From the NCBI GenBank assembly GCA_030688315.1, contig JAUYIT010000017.1, forward strand, positions 2,845-66,844: a stretch of DNA of 64,000 nt, written 5' to 3'. A program made the translations under genes and the position numbers. Below, one piece after another: positions 55,269 to 64,000 of the stretch (position 1 is its first letter; each line of letters opens with the position of its first letter). Source of the stretch: Candidatus Komeilibacteria bacterium. Lineage in GTDB: Bacteria > Patescibacteriota > Patescibacteriia > UBA1558 > UBA10009. Below the pieces are notes generated by a model. The model was not told the DNA's origin. It was given only the letters and a program-made list of their open reading frames with translations, and ran no database searches.

Positions 55269-56438
55269 GTGTATATGATAAATAAAACAATTGCCATTTT
55301 AGGCCACCGGGGGATTCCGGCCAGTTACGGCGGGTTTGAAACGCTGGCGGCTGAAATTAGCCCTTTACTAGCGCAACATGGGCTGATTGTGACTAATTAC
55401 TGTCGCGGCTACTTAAACACGGGTTTAAAATCCTATCTGGGTAGCCGCTTGATTTATTTACCGGCTTGGCGGTTTAAATCGTTGGAAACCTTAAGCCATA
55501 CTTTTTTTGCTACTATCCACTTATACCTGCATCCAACCGATTGCGCTCTAGTGCTTAACGTGGGTAATGCCTTGTTTGCCTGGCTGTTAAAATTAAGGGG
55601 GATTAAGGTTTTACTCAATGTGGACGGCCTAGAATGGCGACGAAAAAAATGGGGACCGCCCGCTCGCGCTTATTTTAAATTTTCCGCCTGGCTGGCCACT
55701 AAGGCGGCTCACGCTTTAATTACCGATTCGGAACAGGTTAAAAACTTTTATTTAAAAAGATTCAATAAAGAAAGTTTAATGATTCCTTACGGCGCTACAC
55801 AGGCGGAAACCGAAAATGATCAGGAAATATTGGCTGAATACGGGCTGGAACCCAAAAAGTACTTCTTATTTTTAGCCAGGTTTGAACCGGAGAATAATCC
55901 TTTGCTGGTCAGGCAGGCCTATGAAAAATCAGCGACCAAAATGCCTATAGTAATGGTGGGCGACGCGCCTTACGCTCAAAATTATATTAGCCGCGTTAAA
56001 AAAACCGCTGACCAGCGGGTAAAATTTTTAAGCGCGGTTTACGGGGCTAAAGCCAAAGTTTTAATGAAGAACGCCCTGGCCTATATCCGGGCCAGTGAAG
56101 TGGGCGGGATTTCTCCGGCTTTAGTGGAAACTATGGGATTAGGAACTTGCGTAATTGCCAATGACACCGGGGCCAATCATCAAGCCGCCGGCGCTGACGG
56201 CATTTACTACCAATTAGGCGACGGTTCATTGACTGAAATTCTGGATTTTATTTCCATAAATCCTCATTTGGCCGTTGACTTAGGTGTAAAACTCAAAAAA
56301 ACCGCCAGAATCAAATTTGCCTGGCCTAAAATAGCCGAACAATATTTTAAATTAATCAATTCGGTCGTGGCGCCGGATAAGGCGGTTTCCGTCAAAGCGA
56401 TTCCTAAATCGCCCTTACGCCAGGCATCAAGAACCTAA
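55269..56438 (+). CDS. GT1/GT4-type glycosyltransferase with DUF1972-like N-terminal domain
   Basis: 389 aa. The N-terminus IAILGHRGIPASYGGFET resembles the DUF1972 domain and the C-terminus is a GT-B glycosyltransferase half. Confidence 0.6.
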   Translation: MYMINKTIAILGHRGIPASYGGFETLAAEISPLLAQHGLIVTNYCRGYLNTGLKSYLGSRLIYLPAWRFKSLETLSHTFFATIHLYLHPTDCALVLNVGNALFAWLLKLRGIKVLLNVDGLEWRRKKWGPPARAYFKFSAWLATKAAHALITDSEQVKNFYLKRFNKESLMIPYGATQAETENDQEILAEYGLEPKKYFLFLARFEPENNPLLVRQAYEKSATKMPIVMVGDAPYAQNYISRVKKTADQRVKFLSAVYGAKAKVLMKNALAYIRASEVGGISPALVETMGLGTCVIANDTGANHQAAGADGIYYQLGDGSLTEILDFISINPHLAVDLGVKLKKTARIKFAWPKIAEQYFKLINSVVAPDKAVSVKAIPKSPLRQASRT

Positions 56439-56449
56439 CCCAAATTTAT

Positions 56450-57451
56450 ATGGTTAATAATAAATCCAGCAATAAGATATTAATTACCGGCGCCGGCGGC
56501 ATGCTTGGCCAGTCGGTCTACCGGCATTTTTCCAAAAACAATCAGGTTTGGGCCACGGATATTGATTTAAACGAGTGGTGGCTGGAATATTTGGACGTTA
56601 AAAATTTTGCCAGTTATGAAAATTGGGTCAGAAAAACAAAACCCGACTATATTTTTCATCTGGCCGCCGAAACCGATCTGGAAAAATGCGAAACAAATCA
56701 GTCCGAAGCCCTGGGCAATAATTTTTTAGGCGTTAAAAACGGTGCTTTAATTGCCAAAAAATACGGGATTAAATTTATTTATACTTCAACGGCCGGCGTG
56801 TTTGGCGGCGGCCAGGCCAGTTTTACCGAGCAAGATCGGCCCTGTCCGCTTAATTTTTACGCCAAAACCAAATATTGGGGCGAACTAGCTGTGCAATCAA
56901 CTTTGCGGGATTATTTAATTATCAGACCCGGTTGGATGATGGGCGGCGGCCAGGCCAAAGATAAAAAATTTATTTCTAAAATTATCAAAAAAATCTCCTT
57001 GGGTGAAACGGAGCTTAAAATTGTGGATGACCGCCAGGGCACGCCCACTTACACCGAGGATTTGGCTAAAAATTTGGATTTACTGCTTAATAAAAATCAG
57101 CGCGGTTTGTGGCATATGGTTAATCAGGGCAGTTGTTCGCGCTTTGAGGTGGCTCAAGCCATGGTTGAAGAGCTTGGATACGCGGAACAAATAAAAGTAA
57201 CTAAGGTCAAATCCGATTACTATCAAAAAGAATATTTTGCCGCGCGGCCTGATTCGGAAGCGCTGGTTAACCGCCGGCTGATAGATAACAATTTGCTGTT
57301 AATGAATCATTGGCGGGTTGCCGTTAAGAGTTATTTAAAAAATGATTTTACATCCTATTACGCTAAATCCGCGCCAACTTTATATCGGTTGGTCAATAAA
57401 ATGAGTTTAAACAAAAAAACGTCTTTTAAAAAAAACGTTTTTACCACCTAG
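56450..57451 (+). CDS. RmlD-like NAD(P)-dependent sugar-nucleotide reductase/epimerase (SDR)
   Basis: 333 aa with ILITGAGGMLGQSV and an RmlD substrate-binding-like fold. Confidence 0.6.
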   Translation: MVNNKSSNKILITGAGGMLGQSVYRHFSKNNQVWATDIDLNEWWLEYLDVKNFASYENWVRKTKPDYIFHLAAETDLEKCETNQSEALGNNFLGVKNGALIAKKYGIKFIYTSTAGVFGGGQASFTEQDRPCPLNFYAKTKYWGELAVQSTLRDYLIIRPGWMMGGGQAKDKKFISKIIKKISLGETELKIVDDRQGTPTYTEDLAKNLDLLLNKNQRGLWHMVNQGSCSRFEVAQAMVEELGYAEQIKVTKVKSDYYQKEYFAARPDSEALVNRRLIDNNLLLMNHWRVAVKSYLKNDFTSYYAKSAPTLYRLVNKMSLNKKTSFKKNVFTT

Positions 57452-57461
57452 CCAATAATCC

Positions 57462-57785
57462 TTATTGCTGCGGCGTTGAGGTGGGGGAGATGATTATTTC
57501 GGGCGATTCTTCTTCCTGGCTGAAAATTCTAAAAGGATTATGATTAATGGTTAGGGTGCTGGTGGAGTTTTGCGCTTGGGCCAGCCAATTTTCCAAATCC
57601 CGGGCGTTGTTTATATCCACCTGTTTGACGGAAACGTATTCCAAAAGGCCGCTGACCTGGTCGGACATAATTTTTGTTTCACCGCGCTTGGCATAAGCGC
57701 TAAAAACCAGCCAACCGGCCGAAAGCAAAATCAGGCCGGTAAACGAAAGCAGTAAAAAATGGTAGGCGATTGTAATTTTTTTCAT
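57462..57785 (-). CDS. small membrane-anchored protein at the PilP position of the pilMNO operon
   Basis: 107 aa with an N-terminal TM helix. It is the last gene after pilO and is assigned by context only. Confidence 0.35.
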   Translation of the reverse strand: MKKITIAYHFLLLSFTGLILLSAGWLVFSAYAKRGETKIMSDQVSGLLEYVSVKQVDINNARDLENWLAQAQNSTSTLTINHNPFRIFSQEEESPEIIISPTSTPQQ

Positions 57786-57792
57786 TCGATTA

Positions 57793-58335
57793 TTATCTTA
57801 ACCAATAGGTATTTATCAGCAGCATTGCTTCTATCTGTCCGGCGCTTTCAGTTAAAACTTTGGGTTTTACGGTTACTGAATCAACGGTCAGCTGAAAATT
57901 TAATTTTTCCAGTTCAGAGAGATAAGCGATCAGATCGGAAAACTGGCCCGTTAATTTGGCGCTTAAACCAAGTTGATCAATCTTTTCCGACCAGGCCTGG
58001 TAATCCTGACCCAAAGTAAGTTCCTGATCAAGTTGATATTTTGCGGCGATTGCTTCCAGCTGTTTAATCAACTCCAGTTCCTGGCCGCGGGGCATAAGCA
58101 ATTCGGCGGGCACGGGTAGTTTTTCGCTGAATTGCTGCCAATCCAGCGTGGCCTTGGTAAAACTATTGCCCTGCTCGCTGTTTGCTTCCAAATTGGCAAT
58201 TTCGGCTTTGACTGTTGCGTGAAATTTATTGATTTTGCCTAAAATCGGCCGATCGTAAATTAAAACAACCAAAACCAGCAGCAAGCTTATTACGCTTATT
58301 TTAACGGTTTCGGATTGGTTAAAAATCTTTTTCAT
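57793..58335 (-). CDS. pilO: type IV pilus assembly protein PilO-like
   Basis: 180 aa with an N-terminal TM helix and coiled coil, downstream of pilN. Confidence 0.55.
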   Translation of the reverse strand: MKKIFNQSETVKISVISLLLVLVVLIYDRPILGKINKFHATVKAEIANLEANSEQGNSFTKATLDWQQFSEKLPVPAELLMPRGQELELIKQLEAIAAKYQLDQELTLGQDYQAWSEKIDQLGLSAKLTGQFSDLIAYLSELEKLNFQLTVDSVTVKPKVLTESAGQIEAMLLINTYWLR

Positions 58336-58856
58336 CGTTTTAATTTACCTGTGATTTGAAAAGTAACCTCGTCCTTTTGTAAATAGTTTTCCAAAGGAGA
58401 ATCAATTTCCTCAAAAAAGGACGACCCGTTTAGCTTATTTTGAAAAACAATCAAAGCGTCGCGGGTTTTAGCAAAACCCTTAAGGGTAAAAATACCGTTG
58501 GAGGCAGAACCGTTAAATTCCAGCAGGGCAATTTCGGCGGGTGCCAGGCCGGCCAGTTCATTAATGGTCGCGCTCCAGCTGTAAAGCTGGTTTTTTATTT
58601 TAATCAAATCGCCGATTTCAGAATTAAGAACGTTTATTTTTTCGGTCAGTTCGGAGTTGCTGGCTAAAATCGCCGTTTTTAGGGCCTCATTAGCCAGTTG
58701 CTGGCCGTTGATTTGCTGGTCCAAGGGAATTAACCAGATTGCCGTTACCACCGCGGCCAGCAATAAAACACCGGCGCAATTTTTTATCAGCGTTTGCCAA
58801 TATTTAAGCTTTAGATTATGTTGTTGTTCCGGTGAAATCAGGTTTAAGGAAATCAT
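58332..58856 (-). CDS. pilN: type IV pilus assembly protein PilN-like
   Basis: 174 aa, of which residues 1-20 are cytoplasmic, followed by a TM helix and a periplasmic domain. It overlaps pilO by 4 nt. Confidence 0.6.
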   Translation of the reverse strand: MISLNLISPEQQHNLKLKYWQTLIKNCAGVLLLAAVVTAIWLIPLDQQINGQQLANEALKTAILASNSELTEKINVLNSEIGDLIKIKNQLYSWSATINELAGLAPAEIALLEFNGSASNGIFTLKGFAKTRDALIVFQNKLNGSSFFEEIDSPLENYLQKDEVTFQITGKLKR

Positions 58857-58859
58857 AAA

Positions 58860-59900
58860 CTAGGGGTAAAATTGCCTTAAGGCCAGGCCGATGGCCGCGT
58901 TGTAAGATTGGATTTTATCTTCGGTCAGGGATAATTTTCCCATGGTCAGGTTAACCAGCGGATTGCCGATAACAACTTCCGTTTGCGTTTGCTCGGCCAG
59001 GTTTTCCGCCAGGTTTTTTAAACTGGAACCGTTGCCGGTCAAAATTATTTTGGAAATAAGGCCCTGCGGCTCTACGTGTTCGGCGTAAAAATATTTGGCT
59101 TCGCGGATTTCTTCCGCTAATTTGGCAATAACGGGCGCCAGAATTTTTTTGACTCCGCCTTGGGCCAAATCATTGCTTAAGCCGATTTTTCTTTTGGCCG
59201 TTTCCGCCTCCTCCAAGCTCAAGTTTAAACTGCTTTTTAGCAGTTTAGTCAGTTCATTGGAGGCAAAAGCCACCGATAAGTTGGCAACGATGTTGTTTTT
59301 TTTGTAAATAAACAAGCCGGTCCGGCTAAAACCCAAGTCAATCACCATTGTGGCTTGATCAATTTGTTGATTAGGTTTAAACAAAGCCCGCGCCAAAGAC
59401 ATGCTTTCCACTTCCAGCACCGCCGGCGTCAAGCCGGCACTGCTTAAAACAGTTTGAAAATTATCCACGATTTCTTTGGGGCAAACCGCGATAATCGCCT
59501 TGTTTTTGGAGGCGTCGGTAAATTGCCAATCAAGATAGGTTTTTTCCAGCGGATAGGGAATGTGGTTTTTGGCTTCGGCAATAACCTCCTCCACCGCGTT
59601 TTTATTTTTAGGGTAGGTTAAGTTAATTATTTTAATAAAGGTTTTGGGTTCAGGCAAACAGGCGGCAACGTAATGCGAAGACGATTTTGCTCCCACTACG
59701 TTTTGCAAAAGTTTTTTAAACAGCGCCACCGCCTTTTCCTGGCTGGCAAATTTACCGTCCTTAATTATGCCGGGCGGAACGCTGATTTCGCCGTAAGCGT
59801 CCAAAAACAGCTGGCCGCCGTTTTTTTTAAGACGGGCCAATCTAAAACAGCGTTCGCTGATATCCAGGCCAAAAGAATTTTGAATAAAGTTTGCCAGCAT
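58860..59900 (-). CDS. pilM: type IV pilus assembly protein PilM (actin-like ATPase fold)
   Basis: 346 aa. GLDISERCFRLARLKKNGG and an overall ASKHA-fold pattern are typical of PilM. Confidence 0.8.
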   Translation of the reverse strand: MLANFIQNSFGLDISERCFRLARLKKNGGQLFLDAYGEISVPPGIIKDGKFASQEKAVALFKKLLQNVVGAKSSSHYVAACLPEPKTFIKIINLTYPKNKNAVEEVIAEAKNHIPYPLEKTYLDWQFTDASKNKAIIAVCPKEIVDNFQTVLSSAGLTPAVLEVESMSLARALFKPNQQIDQATMVIDLGFSRTGLFIYKKNNIVANLSVAFASNELTKLLKSSLNLSLEEAETAKRKIGLSNDLAQGGVKKILAPVIAKLAEEIREAKYFYAEHVEPQGLISKIILTGNGSSLKNLAENLAEQTQTEVVIGNPLVNLTMGKLSLTEDKIQSYNAAIGLALRQFYP

Positions 59901-59940
59901 CTACTAGTTAATTAATTAATATATTATACCATATCTTACT

Positions 59941-61164
59941 CTAATATTCTTCTTCCCAATGGTTGACGTTGATTAAGGGCGAGGCAGCGGACAAACCTAG
60001 GGTTCTAAATACCCGGTTGGCATTGTAGTTGACGGATATGGCCTCCCATAAACTGCTTAAGGAAAAATTTCTGGCATAAACCGCTCCGCTGACGCTAAAA
60101 TCAAGGCCGCTGGCCGTTACGGTTATATCGCTATTGGCGTAAATAACCCCGTTAACGCTGATTTGGCTGGCATAACTGCCGATGTTAATATCGTGTTTGG
60201 CAAACAAGCCGACCGGTCCGTTGCCCGGATCGCTTAAGGAAACCGAGGCCTTATTAAGCCAATACGGCCACCAGCTGGTGCCGATGTTGATATTGTTTTT
60301 AGCGGCCAAAAAGCCGCTGACGCTGACCGTGGAACCGCGCGGTACGGTTATTTCGCCCTTTACGTAAACAGAGCCGTTTAAAACCAAATTGGGATTATCG
60401 GCCAGTAAATCTGCAAATTGATTTTGCGTGTAAACAAAATCGGCCTGATTAAGAAGTGAGTCGGGATCATTGGAGTCAAAGTCCAGTTGGGGCATGCTTA
60501 CGGTATCCGGCCGCGGCGGATAATTTTTAGCCAGTATTTCTTCAGCGTTAAGTTCGGAAAGCCAGGAAACGCTGACGTTATTAAAAGCCAGGGCTTTTTT
60601 GTCCACGTTTAAAACGCTGAAAAAATCCAGGTTAATTTGGTTGTTGGAAAAAACCGCGCTATCGTTGACCGACAAATTGGCGCCGCTTAAATCAAAGTTG
60701 TTGTTGGTAAAAACGCCGATTGAAGATGTGGCGGTTTCGCCTTGGGCCTGAAAAATAGTGGTTTTAACCACGCGCCGCGAAGTTTGGGCGCCGACCGTAA
60801 TGGTGCCGGTAGCGTGGATAACGGCTTCGCCCGCCAGCACGTTTTTAACGCCGACTTCGTATGATTGGCCGGTAACAAACAAATCTTCGCGCTCTATGGC
60901 GGCCTGCCAGGCGGGGTTGTTTTTAAAGTTATCGTTCCAGACCGGGTCGTGGTTGATTTTCCAAATGGCTTCCTGAACCCCGGCTTCGGTTAAATAATAA
61001 GTTTGGGCGGCTAAAATGTGGCTCTTGGCGATTTTTCTTTCGCTGATTATAAAATCAAAAAAATAATTCAACAGCAAAACCAGGCCCGACATGACAATCA
61101 TGACCAGGATGAGCACCGTTCCTTGCGGCTGATTTTTATGTGTAGAATTCATTCTCATTAGCAT
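59941..61164 (-). CDS. pilus-associated protein, PilX-like (N-terminal hydrophobic segment)
   Basis: 407 aa with an N-terminal TM helix (GTVLILVMIVMSGLVLL) but no canonical G-F/T-x-x-E prepilin cleavage site. It lies between pilM and the pseudopilin genes. Confidence 0.4.
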   Translation of the reverse strand: MLMRMNSTHKNQPQGTVLILVMIVMSGLVLLLNYFFDFIISERKIAKSHILAAQTYYLTEAGVQEAIWKINHDPVWNDNFKNNPAWQAAIEREDLFVTGQSYEVGVKNVLAGEAVIHATGTITVGAQTSRRVVKTTIFQAQGETATSSIGVFTNNNFDLSGANLSVNDSAVFSNNQINLDFFSVLNVDKKALAFNNVSVSWLSELNAEEILAKNYPPRPDTVSMPQLDFDSNDPDSLLNQADFVYTQNQFADLLADNPNLVLNGSVYVKGEITVPRGSTVSVSGFLAAKNNINIGTSWWPYWLNKASVSLSDPGNGPVGLFAKHDINIGSYASQISVNGVIYANSDITVTASGLDFSVSGAVYARNFSLSSLWEAISVNYNANRVFRTLGLSAASPLINVNHWEEEY

Positions 61165-61336
61165 GGATTTAGTTCCGACAAAATTATTATTTTTTTCGCC
61201 TCATGAAGATGGGCAACAACAACTTTCTGTTCAAGTTAGCCAAACGCTCACGATCATCCTTTGTTGATTCAAGTCAGTCGCGCTGCAGGACACTCGGCTT
61301 CAAAAAACAATAACTTTGCCGGAACTACCTCTTCAA

Positions 61337-61930
61337 TCAATTCCTGGTATTTCTTCCCCAAATGCTGGTTAAAAAATGGCTGGCATTGTTGTTTTTTTTC
61401 AAGTTAATTTCAATGGTGGTCAGGTCAGCGCCGTAAAACCTAATTTGTTCAACGTATTCGGCGATAATTTTTTGTTCAATAACGGATTGTTCGGGCGGCT
61501 GGCCGAAGGAATCAACGGCGTTCCATTTAACCTTAGTGCCGGGCTCTTCGTTAAAATAGTAATACAATCTTTGCCGGTAAACCGCGCTTTGATCAAGGTA
61601 ATAGCGCAAATAAACTATTTCCGGCTGATCATGGCCATCTTGAAACATAATTTCCGCGGCTGGCGGCCAGCCGACCTGGTTTTTATCCGGCGGCAGATCA
61701 GTGGCGATTTCCGGTGTTTGCCTTAGTTCACGGCTCAAGCGGTCAAGTAAAATTCTGGCATTTTGGGAAATTTCCAAAAAATTATCGCCGGCCATAAAAA
61801 CCCGTTGGGAAACAATAAAGATATTATAAACCATAATCATGACCGCGACGGAAATAGTTAACACGCTGACTATTTCCGTTAGGGTAAAGCCGGCTTTAGA
61901 GCGAATCAATTTTTTTAACAACTTCGTCAT
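61337..61930 (-). CDS. prepilin-type N-terminal cleavage/methylation domain protein (minor pilin/pseudopilin)
   Basis: The KAGFTLTEIVSVL class-III signal carries the G|FTLTE cleavage motif. Confidence 0.7.
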   Translation of the reverse strand: MTKLLKKLIRSKAGFTLTEIVSVLTISVAVMIMVYNIFIVSQRVFMAGDNFLEISQNARILLDRLSRELRQTPEIATDLPPDKNQVGWPPAAEIMFQDGHDQPEIVYLRYYLDQSAVYRQRLYYYFNEEPGTKVKWNAVDSFGQPPEQSVIEQKIIAEYVEQIRFYGADLTTIEINLKKNNNASHFLTSIWGRNTRN

Positions 61931-62355
61931 TAATAATCGTTGATTAAACTAAACAGGTTTAAGCTGGAAGTGGCCTGGCTAAGGTTATTAAGCCAGCTGA
62001 CCGTGACGCTGATTTTTTTTAGGCCCAAATCAGCGGCCGAAGGATCCAAATTACCGTCAACGTAACTGACCACGGTGGTCCGGCTAAAACCGGAAAAATC
62101 AGCGTCCAAGCCGCTTAAATTGCTTTCCACGGTCGTGGCCGTTGGCGTTTCGGCATAATTGGCGCTGATCAGCTCTTCAATTTTGGCCTGGGCCAAAAAA
62201 GCGGCAATGGTTTCTTCCTGGCTAAGCGTGGAAATTTTTAGGCCGTGAGGAAACAGCGACGCCAAAAAAGTCACGGCCAATGTCAGAATGGCTAAAGCCA
62301 AAATAGTTTCCACCAGAGTTAGCCCTGATTGGTTAATTGTTTTCCCACGAAACAT
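61930..62355 (-). CDS. prepilin-type N-terminal cleavage/methylation domain protein (minor pilin/pseudopilin)
   Basis: QSGLTLVETILAL carries the G|LTLVE motif. It overlaps the downstream gene by 1 nt. Confidence 0.7.
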   Translation of the reverse strand: MFRGKTINQSGLTLVETILALAILTLAVTFLASLFPHGLKISTLSQEETIAAFLAQAKIEELISANYAETPTATTVESNLSGLDADFSGFSRTTVVSYVDGNLDPSAADLGLKKISVTVSWLNNLSQATSSLNLFSLINDY

Positions 62356-62785
62356 AGCCGGAAGGATGAATGGTTATTTTGATTTGCTGTCCGCTTTGAA
62401 GTGATTCCAAAATGATTTCGCCGCTTTGATCCGCGGCGCCGGTCGGGTTAAACACCACCTGATTGAGTAAAATACCGGTGGTGGAGGCAAAAAAAACCTG
62501 ATCGCTTAAGCTGTATTCTTCCGTAACTTGATTGGGCTGGATTAATTTTAGTTGGCGGTAATCGCCGGTTTGCAAATCCAGTTCTACGGCGAATTTGATT
62601 TGCCGGGTAACTGTTTCCTGCTGGGCCTGCTTTACCCGAGAGACAAAAATTTTGGCGCTGTTTTTTAAATCCTGATATTTGAGGTAGCCGTTAAAACTGG
62701 GAAAGGAAATGGCGGCGATTATAAAAATGATGGCCACGGCCACCGTCAGTTCCAATAATGATACGCCTTGGCGTTGACTGAACAT
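62333..62785 (-). CDS. prepilin-type pilin/pseudopilin (GspH/FimT-like)
   Basis: RQGVSLLELTVAVAIIFII carries the G|VSLLE motif. Confidence 0.7.
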   Translation of the reverse strand: MFSQRQGVSLLELTVAVAIIFIIAAISFPSFNGYLKYQDLKNSAKIFVSRVKQAQQETVTRQIKFAVELDLQTGDYRQLKLIQPNQVTEEYSLSDQVFFASTTGILLNQVVFNPTGAADQSGEIILESLQSGQQIKITIHPSGYVSWENN

Positions 62786-62795
62786 AGATAATCTA

Positions 62796-63944
62796 CTAGC
62801 TGATATGTTCGGTTAAACTGTACATAGGCATAATAATGGCCACGGCCATGGCGCCCACGCCCACGCCCAACAGCAGCAACAACACCGGTTCAATTACGGT
62901 GGGCAAGGTTTTCATGATCTGATCGATTTCGTCTTCATGAAAATCCGCCAAATCGGTCAAAATTTCATCCACCCTGCCGGTTTCTTCGCCCGCCGCCACC
63001 ATCTGTATGATGACTGGAGGATACAGGTTCGGGTATTTTTGCAGCACCTGAGTCAGGCCCACGCCCTCCTTAAGTTCATTAAGGGAGCTTAACAAGGAGC
63101 GCCGGTACAAACTGTTGCCTAATATCTGCGCCGTAATTTCAAAGGATTTAACCAGAGAAATATCTGTTTTTAACAGCGAGCTTAAAGTGCGGGCAAATTT
63201 GGCAATATTAATTTTTTTGACAATCCCGCCCAAAATGGGGGTTTTTAAAAAAAGATAATGATAGTAATACTTGGTTTTTTCATTTTTGATGGTATAAATA
63301 ATCAGCCCGATAAACAAAATGGCGGCCAGTCCGGTTAACAAGCCGTTGTTTAAAATAAAGTTGGAAATGCCGATTAAAACTTTGGTCGGCAATGGTAGTT
63401 CGGCCTTCATTTCTACAAAAATAGCGGTAATTTTAGGCACCACAAAAATCATCATGCCAATGCCGATCAGCACCATGGCTGTAATAACAATAACCGGGTA
63501 AATCATGGCGCCGATAATCCGGCTTTTAAGCTCATGAGCTTTTTTGATTTGCAGATAAATCTGCTTGAGCACGTCTTCCAGTTTGCCGGAAATTTCCCCG
63601 GCTTGCACCATGCTGATGAACAAATGGCCAAAAACTTGCTCGTATTTGGACAAACTATCGGTAAAGGCCAGGCCTTTTTCGGTGCTGGCAGCCAAATCGG
63701 CAATGATTTTTTTGAATTTTTTATTACTGACCTGCTCGGCTAAAGTTTTTAAGGACCGGTCCAGGGGCAGGCCGCTGCGGATCATCACCTGTAAATTTTG
63801 GGTAAAAAAGATTTTTTCCTTATCGCTGACTGTGCCAATATCGTTCAGCTTGGCTAAAAATTTGGCTAACCAAGGTTTTTCCCTGGTTTTTTCCATACTT
63901 TGATGGCGTTGGTCGACTTTTTCCAAATCAATAGACATATTCAA
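62796..63944 (-). CDS. pilC: type IV pilus / type II secretion platform protein (GspF/PilC family)
   Basis: 382 aa with two T2SSF repeats and 3 TM helices. The ATG at 63938 is the likely start; the ORF-track start at 63944 is a TTG. Confidence 0.85.
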   Translation of the reverse strand: MNMSIDLEKVDQRHQSMEKTREKPWLAKFLAKLNDIGTVSDKEKIFFTQNLQVMIRSGLPLDRSLKTLAEQVSNKKFKKIIADLAASTEKGLAFTDSLSKYEQVFGHLFISMVQAGEISGKLEDVLKQIYLQIKKAHELKSRIIGAMIYPVIVITAMVLIGIGMMIFVVPKITAIFVEMKAELPLPTKVLIGISNFILNNGLLTGLAAILFIGLIIYTIKNEKTKYYYHYLFLKTPILGGIVKKINIAKFARTLSSLLKTDISLVKSFEITAQILGNSLYRRSLLSSLNELKEGVGLTQVLQKYPNLYPPVIIQMVAAGEETGRVDEILTDLADFHEDEIDQIMKTLPTVIEPVLLLLLGVGVGAMAVAIIMPMYSLTEHIS

Positions 63945-63957
63945 AAATTATTAATTA

Positions 63958-64000
63958 TTCCTGTGTTACTCTTAATACTTCTTCCACGGTAGTTACGCCC
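63958..64000 (-). CDS. type IV pilus ATPase (PilT/PilB, GspE family) C-terminal tip; the gene continues beyond the window end
   Basis: The minus-strand reading gives ...GVTTVEEVLRVTQE*, the characteristic C-terminal tail of PilT/PilB-type ATPases, with a TAA stop at 63955-63957. Confidence 0.45.

Noticed and set aside
61201-61311. 36-aa plus-strand ORF (MKMGNNNFLFKLAKRSRSSFVDSSQSRCRTLGFKKQ) in the pilus operon spacer.
   Set aside because: It is on the opposite strand to a uniformly minus-strand operon, has no SD or promoter context, and is short with a low-complexity composition.
1-64000. CRISPR arrays, transposases, integrases and prophage genes.
   Set aside because: No series of regularly spaced direct repeats was seen. 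No ORF with DDE or tyrosine-recombinase motifs was recognised. The only repeat families are the short palindromic elements reported above.

Overview
This is a 64 kb AT-rich window in which most host genes have no Shine-Dalgarno motif and many are translationally coupled or overlapping. The domain repertoire (PEGA, DUF4012-like, DUF5667-like, S8 peptidase with FG-GAP repeats, GT-C paralogs, a compact type IV pilus set) suggests a Patescibacteria/CPR-like bacterium; that placement is inference. Most of the window is a large cell-envelope glycan biosynthesis locus. It contains an initiating polyprenyl-phosphate sugar phosphotransferase, two Wzy/O-antigen-ligase-like membrane proteins, a short Wzz-like protein and at least ten GT2/GT4 glycosyltransferases. 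It also contains a GtrA / GT2 polyprenyl-P-sugar synthase / GT-C transferase trio, a complete dTDP-rhamnose pathway (rfbA, rfbB, rfbC, rfbD) and a UDP-GlcA / UDP-Xyl / UDP-GalA route (ugd, two UXS-like decarboxylases, epimerases). SAM-cycle genes (metK, ahcY, a PfkB kinase, a HIT protein) and a SAM-dependent methyltransferase are interleaved with these. Housekeeping genes are murA, a CtpA-type S41 protease, rplI, pyrG and tRNA-Gln(UUG). The 3' end of the window holds a type IV pilus cluster (pilM, pilN, pilO, a PilX-like protein, three pseudopilins, pilC and the C-terminal tip of a pilT/pilB ATPase). The most unusual features are listed here. First, a three-gene block (51438-54239) is GC-richer than its surroundings, has strong Shine-Dalgarno motifs and encodes W/Y/G-rich secreted proteins; it sits between a polymerase-like and a chain-length-determinant-like gene and is probably foreign or misassembled. 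Second, a family of GC-rich hairpin elements flanked by GAGCGAG/CGAGCGAG motifs lies in the 5' leaders of glycan genes. Third, a UXS decarboxylase is fused to a duplicated N-terminal half of the downstream GT4 gene. Fourth, there is an orphan Phd/YefM-like antitoxin. Fifth, a 39-aa highly basic ORF is missing from the ORF track. Sixth, there are several composite palindromes and bidirectional terminators. No CRISPR array, transposase or integrase was recognised.
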